In this document: positions 38,542 to 48,332 of the stretch, piece by piece | Layout: each line of letters starts with the position of its first letter | Numbering within the stretch: the first letter of the stretch is position 1 | Origin: an uncultured Bacilli bacterium | Lineage (GTDB): Bacteria > Bacillota_I > Bacilli_A > RF39 > UBA660 | Assembly (NCBI GenBank): GCA_934162195.1 | Contig: CAKPHO010000001.1 | Location: 81,281 to 145,280, forward strand | Direction: 5' to 3' | DNA length: 64,000 nucleotides | Program-made: the position numbers and the translations under genes | The notes under the pieces: generated by a model | The model's database searches: none | What the model saw: the letters and a program-made list of their open reading frames with translations, nothing else | What the model was told of the DNA's origin: nothing

Positions 38542-39780
38542 ATGAAATTCGAAATATTAAGTGAAGATGAATATAATAAATTTTTTGACAATCATGAACA
38601 AAAAACTTTTTTAAATAGCCCTAATATTGGTAAAATTCGCAAACTAGAAGGTTGGAATTATGAATTTGTTGGTGTAAAAGATGTCGACAATAAAATAATA
38701 GGCGTTACTATGTTATTGTCTAGGAAAGAATTTCTAGGTAAAAAAGAATTTTATGCAATTAGAGGTTTTTTGTTAGATTACAATAATTTTAAGTTACTAT
38801 CCTTTTTTACAGATAATATTAAAAAATATATAAAGAAAAATAATGGCTTTATATTAAGAATTGATCCCTATATTATCAAACAAGAACATGACTTAAATGG
38901 AAATGTTATGCCAAATGGGAAAAATAATATTATGGTTATAAAAAATCTATTGAAACTAAATTTTAAGGAACATACACCAGAGCAAACAAAGTGGATGTTT
39001 GAACTTAATACTGAAAATAAGACTATAGATGAACTTTTAAAAGATATGAAAGCTAATACTAGAAATTGCATTAAAAGAACTTTTAAAAATGGAATTAACA
39101 TTAGAGAACTTACTTATGATGAGCTACCTCTCTTTTATAAAATAACAAATGATACTAGTAAAAGAAAAGGTTTTGAAAATAAAACTTTAGAATATTATCA
39201 AGACATGTATAAATTTTTCAAACCAAGTAATCAAGTTAAATTTTTGGTGGCTGAATTAAATACAAAAAATTATAAAGAAAACCTAGATAATCAATTAAAG
39301 ACAGAAGAGAATATTTTAAGAGGAATAAAAAATAATAATAGTGGAAAATATAAAGAACAACTAGTAAAGATTAATAGTATTAAAAAAAATCTCAAAGAAT
39401 CATCTGAGTTGATAAAAAAAGGAGATATAATCATTTTATCAGCAGCAATGTTTGTTATGTATGGAAATGAAGTTATTTATCTTGCTAGTGGAAATTACCA
39501 AGAATATTTTAATTTTTTTGCTCAATATAGAATTCAATATGAAATGATTAAATATGCAACAGAAAATAACTTTAAAATATATAATTTTTACGGTATAAGT
39601 GGTAATTTTGATATCAATGATGATAGAATTGGTGTCTATGAATTTAAAAAAGGATTTGGTGGATTTGTAGTTGAATTAATTGGCGAGTATAGATTAGATA
39701 TTAATAAATTATGGTGCATTCTTTATGATTTTGTTAATGTTATTAAAAATAATATAAAGAAAATAATAAATGGGAAGTGA
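38542..39780 (+). CDS. FemABX-family peptidoglycan peptidyltransferase, paralogue 2
   Basis: The same blocks (FYAIRGFLLDY, ILRIDPY, YNFYGISGNF..GVYEFKKGFGG) and a coiled-coil insert. The start is at ATG 38542 behind GGAGGG. Confidence 0.85.
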   Translation: MKFEILSEDEYNKFFDNHEQKTFLNSPNIGKIRKLEGWNYEFVGVKDVDNKIIGVTMLLSRKEFLGKKEFYAIRGFLLDYNNFKLLSFFTDNIKKYIKKNNGFILRIDPYIIKQEHDLNGNVMPNGKNNIMVIKNLLKLNFKEHTPEQTKWMFELNTENKTIDELLKDMKANTRNCIKRTFKNGINIRELTYDELPLFYKITNDTSKRKGFENKTLEYYQDMYKFFKPSNQVKFLVAELNTKNYKENLDNQLKTEENILRGIKNNNSGKYKEQLVKINSIKKNLKESSELIKKGDIIILSAAMFVMYGNEVIYLASGNYQEYFNFFAQYRIQYEMIKYATENNFKIYNFYGISGNFDINDDRIGVYEFKKGFGGFVVELIGEYRLDINKLWCILYDFVNVIKNNIKKIINGK

Positions 39781-39784
39781 AATT

Positions 39785-41053
39785 ATGAAATATGAATTTA
39801 TAGAAAAAATTGAAAAAAAAGAGTATGAAAAATTTGTGGAAAATCATCCAACTAAATCACATTTTATGCAATCGTGGAATTTTGGAGAAATAAGTAAAGA
39901 AAAAGGATTTATTCCACATTTCGTTGGTGTTAGGAAAAATAAAAAGTTAGTAGCAACAGCTTTACTACTTCAAAAAAAGTTATATAAAAATATTTGTTAT
40001 TTCTATAGTCCTCGTGGTTATGTTTTAGATTTTAAAGATTATGAATTATTAAAATATTTTACTAATCAAATTAAAGAGTATACCAAAAAATATCATTCTA
40101 TTTTTACAGCAATAGATCCTGATGTACAACTTCAAAAGTTAGATATTAATGGAAATGTTGTAGAAGGAGATCATAATTATGCATTAGTTGAATATTTAAA
40201 ATCGCTAGGTTATAAACATCTTGGTTTTAATAAAAATTTTGAAAATAAAGAACCAAGATATACATTTAGATTAAATTTAGAACCAAGTATAGAGGAAATA
40301 CATAAAAATATGCATGCAACAACAAGAAAAATTCTAAATAAAGGTAATCAGTATAACTTAGATTGTTATATTGGCGATTCTTCAGATTTAGATGGATTTT
40401 ATTTTACGATGAAAGAAACAGCAGTTCGAGAGGGGATAACACCGTTTAAATATTCATACTATAAATCTTTTTATGAAACATTTAATAAAGATAATGAAAG
40501 TGATTTATATATAGTAAGAGTTGATATTAATAAATTAAAAGAAAATTATAAAAATCAAATAAAAGACATTGAAAATAGTATTGACAATCTAAAAAATTTA
40601 AAAAATAAAGAAAAAGCTAATAATTTATTAAAAGATTACAATAATAAATTATCTAGATTAAATAAAGATTTTGAGTTAATAAATAATATAAAGGAAGATA
40701 AATTAGTTTTATCATCAATTATAACAGTAAAATATGGTAATAAAGTTTGGACTGTTCATGGTGGTAATTGCAATAGATTAAGAGAATTGAATGCCAATTA
40801 TTTAATATACGATAAAATCATTTGCGATGCTAAAAAGGAAAATTATCAAATAATTGATTTCTTTGGAACAACTGGCGCAGACTCAGATGATAATAAAATT
40901 CATGGTATCCATTTATTTAAAAAACGTTTAGGTGGAGAATATACTGAATTTATAGGTGAATTCCATTTAATAACAAATAAATTTTTATATGTTTTATATC
41001 AAAAATTATTACCATTATATTCAAAAATGCGTAAAAAAATTGCTAAAAAATAA
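39785..41053 (+). CDS. FemABX-family peptidoglycan peptidyltransferase, paralogue 3 (most divergent)
   Basis: FYSPRGYVLDF, TAIDPD and IDFFGTTG..GIHLFKKRLGG, with a long coiled-coil insert. The start at ATG 39785 is 5 nt after the paralogue 2 stop. Confidence 0.85.
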   Translation: MKYEFIEKIEKKEYEKFVENHPTKSHFMQSWNFGEISKEKGFIPHFVGVRKNKKLVATALLLQKKLYKNICYFYSPRGYVLDFKDYELLKYFTNQIKEYTKKYHSIFTAIDPDVQLQKLDINGNVVEGDHNYALVEYLKSLGYKHLGFNKNFENKEPRYTFRLNLEPSIEEIHKNMHATTRKILNKGNQYNLDCYIGDSSDLDGFYFTMKETAVREGITPFKYSYYKSFYETFNKDNESDLYIVRVDINKLKENYKNQIKDIENSIDNLKNLKNKEKANNLLKDYNNKLSRLNKDFELINNIKEDKLVLSSIITVKYGNKVWTVHGGNCNRLRELNANYLIYDKIICDAKKENYQIIDFFGTTGADSDDNKIHGIHLFKKRLGGEYTEFIGEFHLITNKFLYVLYQKLLPLYSKMRKKIAKK

Positions 41054-41156
41054 GTATCAATTATAATAGTAAAGTGCCTTTTTATAAAGGCATCTTTATT
41101 ATTTACACAATTTTTAATTAATGTTATAATTATATTTACAGAATGGATAGTGAAAT

Positions 41157-42794
41157 ATGAAAAAGAATACTTTTATAGAAGGTGCCTTTATATCCACCTT
41201 TTCAATACTAATTTGTAAAATAATAGGATTATTATATGTAATTCCTTTTTATAGCCTAATAGGTAACAAAGGTGGAGCCTTATATAGTTATGCATACTCT
41301 ATATATGCTATATTTTTAAGTTTATCAACATGTGGTATTCCTTTAGCAATTTCTAAAAATATTAGTGAATATAATGAACTTGGATATCATAAAGCTAAAA
41401 ATGATGTATACAAAATAGGAAAATATGTCATTCTAGGTTTGGGATTATTATCATGCTTAATTTTACTAATTTTTGCGCCTAATATAGCTTATTTAATTAT
41501 AGGTAATGTAGAAGGAGGAAATACAATTGAAGATGTCAGTACTGCTATAAGAATTGTATCTTTATCATTGCTTATAGTTCCTTCTTTAAGTGTAACTAGA
41601 GGATATTTAAATGGACACAAGATGATATTACCAACAAGTATATCAGAAGTTCTTGAACAAGTAGTAAGAGTATTAGTGATTGTAGTTGGTAGTTTTTTAA
41701 CGATAAAAGTTTTTAATCTCCCAACTAATGTGGCAGTATATATAGCTGTAGCTGGTGCTGGAATAGGTGCTTTAGTTGCTTTAATATATTTAAAATTAAA
41801 ATTAAAACGTAATAAAGATGCTATTGTAAATGAATCTGAAAATGAACCTGAATATAGAAAAAAGGATATATTAAAAAAAATCGTTTTATATGCCTTACCT
41901 TTCGTAGTTATAGATTTGATTAGATCTGCTTATGGTATGGTTGATTCATTTACAGTTGTAAAAACTATGGTTAATCTTGGTTATGATGTAAGTGTTGCAG
42001 AAACAACAATAGGCGTTTTATCTACTTGGGCAACAAAATTAAATATGATTGTAGCGTCTGTAGCTTTAGGCTTTGTTACTAGTTTAATTCCTAACATTGC
42101 AGGAAGTGCAGCAAAAAAAGATTTAAAAGATGTTAATAACAAAATTAATGAATCATATAAAACTCTATTATTTGTTGTTTTACCAATGACTATTGGCTTA
42201 AGTTTCTTAGCTCAACCTGTTTGGGTAGCATTCTATGGTTACAATAGTCTAAGTATAGGAATATTTAAATATTATATCCTTCAAGCAATAATATTCTGTG
42301 TTTATACAATTGCTCTTAATTTAGCGCAATCTATGAATCAATCTAAAATATCTTTAGGATCATTGCTAGTAAGCTTTTTATTGAAAGTAGTTTTAAATAT
42401 TCCAATGATGAAATTATTTGTAATGATGGGAATCGAAGCTTACTACGCACCAATAATTACTAATATTCTAGTTCAAGGTAGTATAACATTATTTATTATG
42501 TTGGCTTTAAAACATAAATTTAAATTTGATTATAAAGATACTACTAAAGCAATATTAAAAATGCTTTTAACTTTAACTATAATGGTGCTAATACTTTCAG
42601 GCTTATCTTTAATTATCCCACTTACAGTAACTAGTAGATTAAAAGCAATTTTAACAATTATCCCATATATTCTTGTTGGAGCTGCCATCTATATTGGTAT
42701 GTCTTATAAAATAGGACTATTAAACGATATATTTGGTGCTAAAAAAATAAAGACAATTATAAATAAAGTGAAAAGTAAAATTACAAATAAATAA
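41157..42794 (+). CDS. MOP-superfamily flippase, MurJ/YtgP/SpoVB-like (putative lipid II flippase)
   Basis: 545 aa with about 14 TM segments. The N-terminal FISTFSILICKIIGLLYVIPFYSLIG..YSYAYSIY is typical of Firmicute YtgP/SpoVB proteins. Confidence 0.75.
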   Translation: MKKNTFIEGAFISTFSILICKIIGLLYVIPFYSLIGNKGGALYSYAYSIYAIFLSLSTCGIPLAISKNISEYNELGYHKAKNDVYKIGKYVILGLGLLSCLILLIFAPNIAYLIIGNVEGGNTIEDVSTAIRIVSLSLLIVPSLSVTRGYLNGHKMILPTSISEVLEQVVRVLVIVVGSFLTIKVFNLPTNVAVYIAVAGAGIGALVALIYLKLKLKRNKDAIVNESENEPEYRKKDILKKIVLYALPFVVIDLIRSAYGMVDSFTVVKTMVNLGYDVSVAETTIGVLSTWATKLNMIVASVALGFVTSLIPNIAGSAAKKDLKDVNNKINESYKTLLFVVLPMTIGLSFLAQPVWVAFYGYNSLSIGIFKYYILQAIIFCVYTIALNLAQSMNQSKISLGSLLVSFLLKVVLNIPMMKLFVMMGIEAYYAPIITNILVQGSITLFIMLALKHKFKFDYKDTTKAILKMLLTLTIMVLILSGLSLIIPLTVTSRLKAILTIIPYILVGAAIYIGMSYKIGLLNDIFGAKKIKTIINKVKSKITNK

Positions 42795-42898
42795 CATTTA
42801 TTATGTCCAAAAATTGTTACCGATAAAAAATTGTCTAAAAATGGCATTATTAAAATCTCAAAGATATGATATAATGTTGATAGTAGGAGAGGTGAAAC

Positions 42899-44107
42899 AT
42901 GAAGATTATCAAGAAGTTTTTAAATATTTTTCTCGTTTTAATGCTCTTTTCAGCATCAATTTTTGTCCCAGAAGTAAAAGTTGATGCTAAAACATTAGGT
43001 GATTTAAAAAAAGAACTCGCTGAGATGGAAGCTAATTACCAAAGCAATCAACAAAGTAAAAATTTGACAGAGCAACAAATCAATGCTGCAAGATCAGAAA
43101 TTAATGCAGCTTCTGCTGAAATAGAAAATTCTCAAACAGAAATAAAAAATTTGAATGACGAAATAGAAAAATTAACAGAAGAAATAAAAAATAAAGAAGA
43201 AGAAATAAGAGAATTTATTCGTTATTATCAATTATCTAACGGTGAATCTGCTTATTTAGAATATGTTTTTGGAGCTGCTGATTATACTGATTTTATTTAC
43301 AGATTGGCTATTACTGAACAACTAACAAAATATAATGATAATTTGGTTAAAAAATATAATGAAACTATTGAGCAAAATAAGAAGAACGCTCAAACGTTAG
43401 CAGATAAACAAGTTGAACTTTCAAAAAAACAAGATACTTTAGCTCAGAAGATAGAAAATTTGGGTAGTGAATTAGCTGCCATATCAGATGAAAGTATATC
43501 AATAGAAGAAGAAATAAAAATGCAAAAAGAAGCAATTGATTACTATCAAAATCAATTAAAATGTAAAGATACAGAAAGTTTGAGTACTTGTGGAAGAGAT
43601 CAATTGCCAGCAAATACAGCTTTCTTTAGACCTATAACAAGTGGTTATGTTACAAGTGAGTTTGGTCAAAGAACATTTGATTTCCACTATGGTGTAGATT
43701 TATCCACAACAGCTGATAAAGCTCCTGTATATGCTGCAGCATCAGGAGTTGTTATAACAGTTATGTATAAGACGAGTTGTGGAGGTACCAGAGTTTATAT
43801 TCACCATAATGTAAATGGTCAAATGTATACAACTTCTTATGGACATTTAAGAGAAGCTCTCGTTTCAAAAGGAGATAGAGTAACAACTAATACTCAAATA
43901 GGAATCATGGGAGGAAATCCTAATAGAGAGACTTGGGATAAATGTTCAACAGGACAACATGTTCATTTCGTAATTGCTAATGGATTATACCTAAAAGATT
44001 ATATGTATTGGAGTACATTTTTATCAAAATCATTCAATCCAAGAAATCTTGTTAATTTACCATCTGGTAAATATAATTGGTTCTATAATAGAACAACCAA
44101 ATACTAA
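42899..44107 (+). CDS. Secreted coiled-coil + M23 (LytM) metalloendopeptidase
   Basis: Signal peptide, a coiled coil of about 200 aa, and M23 motifs FHYGVDL (HxxxD) and GQHVHFV (HxH). Confidence 0.85.
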   Translation: MKIIKKFLNIFLVLMLFSASIFVPEVKVDAKTLGDLKKELAEMEANYQSNQQSKNLTEQQINAARSEINAASAEIENSQTEIKNLNDEIEKLTEEIKNKEEEIREFIRYYQLSNGESAYLEYVFGAADYTDFIYRLAITEQLTKYNDNLVKKYNETIEQNKKNAQTLADKQVELSKKQDTLAQKIENLGSELAAISDESISIEEEIKMQKEAIDYYQNQLKCKDTESLSTCGRDQLPANTAFFRPITSGYVTSEFGQRTFDFHYGVDLSTTADKAPVYAAASGVVITVMYKTSCGGTRVYIHHNVNGQMYTTSYGHLREALVSKGDRVTTNTQIGIMGGNPNRETWDKCSTGQHVHFVIANGLYLKDYMYWSTFLSKSFNPRNLVNLPSGKYNWFYNRTTKY

Positions 44108-44174
44108 AAAAGTCAGAACTATGTTTTGATTTTTTTTTCGTTTTATGTTATATTAACTATACGAGGTTGATGAT

Positions 44175-45629
44175 ATGAAGAAAGTATTTTTAATTATTTT
44201 TATTTTAGTTCTTTCTAGTGTTACTGTTTTTCTGGGGCTTTCAACCCAAAAAAGTTCACAACCTAACACATATTATCAAGTAACTCTAGATGGTGAATTA
44301 ATTGGTAATATCAAGTCTAAAAGACAGTTAGAAAAATATATAAGCAATACAGAAGAGTATTTAAAAAACAAATATAATATAAATGAAGTATATGCTCCTA
44401 ATGGATTAGAAATAAAAAAGATAGTTAGTTATACCGAAGATATAAAAGATGTTGGTGAAATATATAATTTAATTCAAGATAAGAAACCTTTTACGGTTAA
44501 AGGGTATCAATTAACTATATATAATGATGACAATAGTCAAAAAATATATGTTATAGATGATAGTATTTATAAAACATCTTTAGAAAATTCAATAAAAACA
44601 TTTGTGGGGACAGATGCCTATAACAACTATATATCTAAGAATCAAGCAAAAATTAAAGATACAGGTACATATATAAATAATATATATATTGAGAATAATA
44701 TGAGTATAAAAGATGCTTATATACCTGCTACTGAAAAAATATATACCTCAGCTGAAGAACTTACTAAATATTTATTATTTGGTACAACAGACCAACAAAA
44801 AAAATATGTAGTAAATTTAGGAGATACAATGGAACAAGTCGCATTTGATAATGAGATAAGTGTGGAAGAGTTATTAATCTCTAATCCACAGTTTAAAAAT
44901 TCAAATGCATTGTTGTATCCGGGACAGGAATTAGTAATAGGAATTTTAGATCCACAAATAAAGGTAACTGTTGAACAACAGGTTGTTGAAGATCTTGTTG
45001 ATTCATATAAAACAATAGAGGAAGTTGATGAAACATTAAACTATGGTGTTACAAAGGTAACACAACAAGGTGAAGATGGATTATTAAGAATCAAACAAGA
45101 TGTAAAAATTACTAATGGTACAACAGTGTACGTAAAACAAATATCAAAAGAATCTTTAAAACCAGCTATAAATAAAATTATTGTAAAAGGTGGTAAGAGA
45201 ACCTACGGTATTGGTAGTACTTCTTGGCAATGGCCTACTGATAGTGGATGGACGATATCTTCTAATTATTCTTATAGAATTAACCCAGTTACAGGTAGAC
45301 GTGAGCTTCATGGAGCTTTAGATATTGCAGGTACTGGATATGGTTCAAATGTATATGCAGCTAATAGTGGCGTTATTTATAAAAAATCATATGATGGAAT
45401 AAATGGAAACCACATTATTATTAATCATAATAATGGCTATTATACGCAATACAATCATATGAGTAGAATGGAATCACTATCTGTTGGTGATGAAGTAGAA
45501 AAAGGTCAAGTAATAGGATATATAGGTATGACCGGTCAAGCAACGGGACCACATTTACACTTTGCTGCTTGGTACGGTGGTCCTCCATATCGAGGAACAC
45601 GTATTAATCCATGGACATTATTTAGATAA
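44175..45629 (+). CDS. LysM + G5 + M23 metalloendopeptidase
   Basis: N-terminal anchor, LysM (YVVNLGDTMEQVAFDNEISVEELLISNP..LYPGQELVIG), a G5-like block (..TKVTQQGEDGLLRI..IIVKGG), and M23 motifs LHGALDI and GPHLHFA. Confidence 0.85.
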   Translation: MKKVFLIIFILVLSSVTVFLGLSTQKSSQPNTYYQVTLDGELIGNIKSKRQLEKYISNTEEYLKNKYNINEVYAPNGLEIKKIVSYTEDIKDVGEIYNLIQDKKPFTVKGYQLTIYNDDNSQKIYVIDDSIYKTSLENSIKTFVGTDAYNNYISKNQAKIKDTGTYINNIYIENNMSIKDAYIPATEKIYTSAEELTKYLLFGTTDQQKKYVVNLGDTMEQVAFDNEISVEELLISNPQFKNSNALLYPGQELVIGILDPQIKVTVEQQVVEDLVDSYKTIEEVDETLNYGVTKVTQQGEDGLLRIKQDVKITNGTTVYVKQISKESLKPAINKIIVKGGKRTYGIGSTSWQWPTDSGWTISSNYSYRINPVTGRRELHGALDIAGTGYGSNVYAANSGVIYKKSYDGINGNHIIINHNNGYYTQYNHMSRMESLSVGDEVEKGQVIGYIGMTGQATGPHLHFAAWYGGPPYRGTRINPWTLFR

Positions 45630-45691
45630 CATCTCAAAAGAGATGTTTTTCTTATGAATTTTATAGTATAATAAAAAAGGAGAGTGATAAA

Positions 45692-46135
45692 ATGAAAATA
45701 ATAATTGGTAATGATCACCGCGGTTTAAAATTAAAAGAACAAATATTAAAATATTTATTATCAAAAAATTATGATGTAGAAAATATAGGAACTGATACAG
45801 ACGCTTCAGTTAATTATCCTGAATATGCCCTAAAACTATGTGAAAAAGTAAAAAAAGAAAATGGCTTAGGAATTTTAATATGCGGAACAGGAATAGGTAT
45901 GAGCATTGTTGCTAATAAAGTAAATGGAATTATATGTGGAAAAGTAAATACTGTAGAAGAAGCAGAGTTAACAAAATCACATAATTATGCCAATGTTATA
46001 GCGCTATCTTCTAAATTATCTAAGAGAACAGCGATAAAGATGGTTGAGACATTTATAAAAACTCCAAATTCAAATGAAGAAAGACATATAAAACGGGTTC
46101 AAGAAATAAGAGAAATAGAGAAAAATAATGCTTAA
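45692..46135 (+). CDS. rpiB: Ribose-5-phosphate isomerase B
   Basis: 147-aa RpiB/LacAB family protein (MKIIIGNDHRG.., ILICGTGIGMSIVANK). Confidence 0.9.
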   Translation: MKIIIGNDHRGLKLKEQILKYLLSKNYDVENIGTDTDASVNYPEYALKLCEKVKKENGLGILICGTGIGMSIVANKVNGIICGKVNTVEEAELTKSHNYANVIALSSKLSKRTAIKMVETFIKTPNSNEERHIKRVQEIREIEKNNA

Positions 46136-46322
46136 AACAATTCTTTATATAATTGTAGTTATCATGTCTATCTGGGCTTTAGATAGTATTAATATAACTA
46201 ACTTATTTAAAAAAAATAGATATTATCAAGCTAGAGTTTTATATCTATTTGTTTCTATGGCTTTAGCCTATTTAGTAGTAAACTTTTTATATGATTTCTT
46301 TCTTTTTTCAAAATTTATATAA
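46128..46322 (+). CDS. Small membrane protein, DUF1146/YwzB-like
   Basis: 64 aa with two TM segments. Its position near spoIID matches B. subtilis ywzB. Confidence 0.6.
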   Translation: MLKTILYIIVVIMSIWALDSINITNLFKKNRYYQARVLYLFVSMALAYLVVNFLYDFFLFSKFI

Positions 46323-46396
46323 GCTAAGTTTTTTAGCTTTTTTTTGACAAAAAATGTCCATAATATAACATATAATAAAAAAAAAGAAGGTATATT

Positions 46397-47311
46397 ATGA
46401 AAAAAATCATTTTAATCATTTTAGCAATTATTTTTATCCCATATATCATTGTAAGTTTATTCATAAGAACTGATGATATAAAATTTTATTATAAAGAAGG
46501 AATGAATGTTAGAGTAAAAAGAGAACAAACTAATACTATAGAAGTTGTTCCTTTTGAAGATTATGTTGTTGGTGTTTTAGCAGGAGAAATGCCAGTAAAT
46601 TTTGAGTTAGAAGCACTAAAAGCCCAAGCAGTAGCAGCTAGAACTTATGTTATGAAAAAAATGAGTGATAATAGAAACAAAGATTATGATATTGTTGATA
46701 CAGTACAAAATCAAGTATATATTAGTGATGAAGAGCTAAAAGATAAATGGAAAGATAAATATCAAGAACGAATTAATAAAGTAAAAAGAGCTGTATTAGA
46801 AACAAAAGGAGAATATTTGTCTTATAATGGCAAAGTAATAGAAGCTTTCTTTTTTTCTACAAGTGTAGGAAAAACAGAAAATAGTGAAGAAGTTTTTAAA
46901 CAGTCTCTTCCATATCTTAGAAGTGTAGATTCAACTTGGGATGAAGAAGTATCCCCTGTATTTAATGATTCAAAAGAATATAGTATGCAGGAATTTTATG
47001 AACGCTTAAATTTAAAATATTCTGATAAAATTAAAGTAGAAATTTTGAATACTACTAGTACTGGTAGGATAAAGAATATTAAAATTAATAACAAAAAATT
47101 TACTGGTAGTGAGGTATATAAAAACTTAAATTTACGTTCAACCTTTTTTGAAATAAATCAAATTGGCAGTAATGTTATTATCAATACCAAAGGATATGGT
47201 CATGGAGTAGGAATGAGTCAATATGGAGCTCTGGCAATGGCGAAAAAAGGTTATAAATATGATGAAATACTAAAATATTATTATCAAAATATTCAAATTG
47301 AAAAAATTTAA
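46397..47311 (+). CDS. spoIID: Stage II sporulation protein D (lytic transglycosylase)
   Basis: N-terminal anchor and SpoIID/LytB domain blocks EALKAQAVAARTY and GYGHGVGMSQYGA. Confidence 0.88.
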   Translation: MKKIILIILAIIFIPYIIVSLFIRTDDIKFYYKEGMNVRVKREQTNTIEVVPFEDYVVGVLAGEMPVNFELEALKAQAVAARTYVMKKMSDNRNKDYDIVDTVQNQVYISDEELKDKWKDKYQERINKVKRAVLETKGEYLSYNGKVIEAFFFSTSVGKTENSEEVFKQSLPYLRSVDSTWDEEVSPVFNDSKEYSMQEFYERLNLKYSDKIKVEILNTTSTGRIKNIKINNKKFTGSEVYKNLNLRSTFFEINQIGSNVIINTKGYGHGVGMSQYGALAMAKKGYKYDEILKYYYQNIQIEKI

Positions 47312-47365
47312 AAAAATTAGTATAAATAAATCACTTTCTGTTCAAACTTAAAATGAGGTGAGAAA

Positions 47366-47995
47366 GTGAAAAGAAGAAAATTAAAAAAAGCTGTTGTGTA
47401 TAGTTTATATGCCTTGGGATTTGTAATGTTACTAGGAACATTATATTTAATAGAAGGGATGTTTCCATCAAATAGTTTTAATGGAGTAGATGATGGTTAT
47501 GTAAATAAGACAATTATAGAAGAAGATGTACCTGTTATCAATACTGCAGATACTATAGTAAGACCTTATTTAGTTAATGATGTAACTATAGTTAAAAATT
47601 ATTATGACTATAAAAGCGAAGCAGAAACCCAGGAAAAATCATTAATATACTATGAAAATACATATTTGCAAAATAGCGGTATTAGCTATGGGAGAGAGGC
47701 ATCATTTGATGTGGTTTCTATTTTAGATGGTACTGTAACTTCTGTTAAGGAAGATCAAAATTTAGGTAAAATTGTAGAAGTAACACATAGTAATGATATT
47801 ATAAGTATTTATCAAAGTTTAAGTGATGTTAAGGTAAAAGAAAATCAAGAAATTAAACAAGGTGATATTATTGGAACTAGTGGTACTTGTAATATCGAAA
47901 ACGATTTAAAAAATCATTTACATTTTGAAATGATTGTAAAAGGATCAATTGTAAATCCTGAAAATTACTATGATAAAAAAATTTCTGAATTATAG
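47366..47995 (+). CDS. LytM-domain membrane protein, SpoIIQ-like
   Basis: GTG start, N-terminal TM segment, and a C-terminal M23-like domain with HLHFE. The first HxxxD motif is not evident. It lies just upstream of spoIIID, as spoIIQ does in Bacillus. Confidence 0.55.
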   Translation: MKRRKLKKAVVYSLYALGFVMLLGTLYLIEGMFPSNSFNGVDDGYVNKTIIEEDVPVINTADTIVRPYLVNDVTIVKNYYDYKSEAETQEKSLIYYENTYLQNSGISYGREASFDVVSILDGTVTSVKEDQNLGKIVEVTHSNDIISIYQSLSDVKVKENQEIKQGDIIGTSGTCNIENDLKNHLHFEMIVKGSIVNPENYYDKKISEL

Positions 47996-48057
47996 AGCTT
48001 AGCTCTTTTTTAGAATAAAAACACCTCTAACTTATATAATTTATTAAGGGGTGTAAT

Positions 48058-48312
48058 ATGTTTAATAATATTTCTAATCGCGTTTTAGAGGAAGCTAATT
48101 ATATTATAGAAACACATGATACTATAAGAGATTTGGCTAAAATTTTTAAAGTTTCAAAAAGTACTGTTCATAAGGATTTACATGAAAGGTTACTTAAAAT
48201 AGATAGAGATAAGTTTGATATTGTAGATAAAATCTTAAAATATCATACAGAAATAAGACATATTAGAGGTGGCGAATCGACAAAACAAAAATATTTAAAT
48301 ATAAATGGTTGA
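48058..48312 (+). CDS. spoIIID: Sporulation transcriptional regulator SpoIIID
   Basis: 84 aa with ..IRDLAKIFKVSKSTVHKDL.. HTH and ..IRHIRGGESTK.., characteristic of SpoIIID. Confidence 0.88.
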   Translation: MFNNISNRVLEEANYIIETHDTIRDLAKIFKVSKSTVHKDLHERLLKIDRDKFDIVDKILKYHTEIRHIRGGESTKQKYLNING

Positions 48313-48332
48313 AAAGGAAAGTGAATGTTCAA

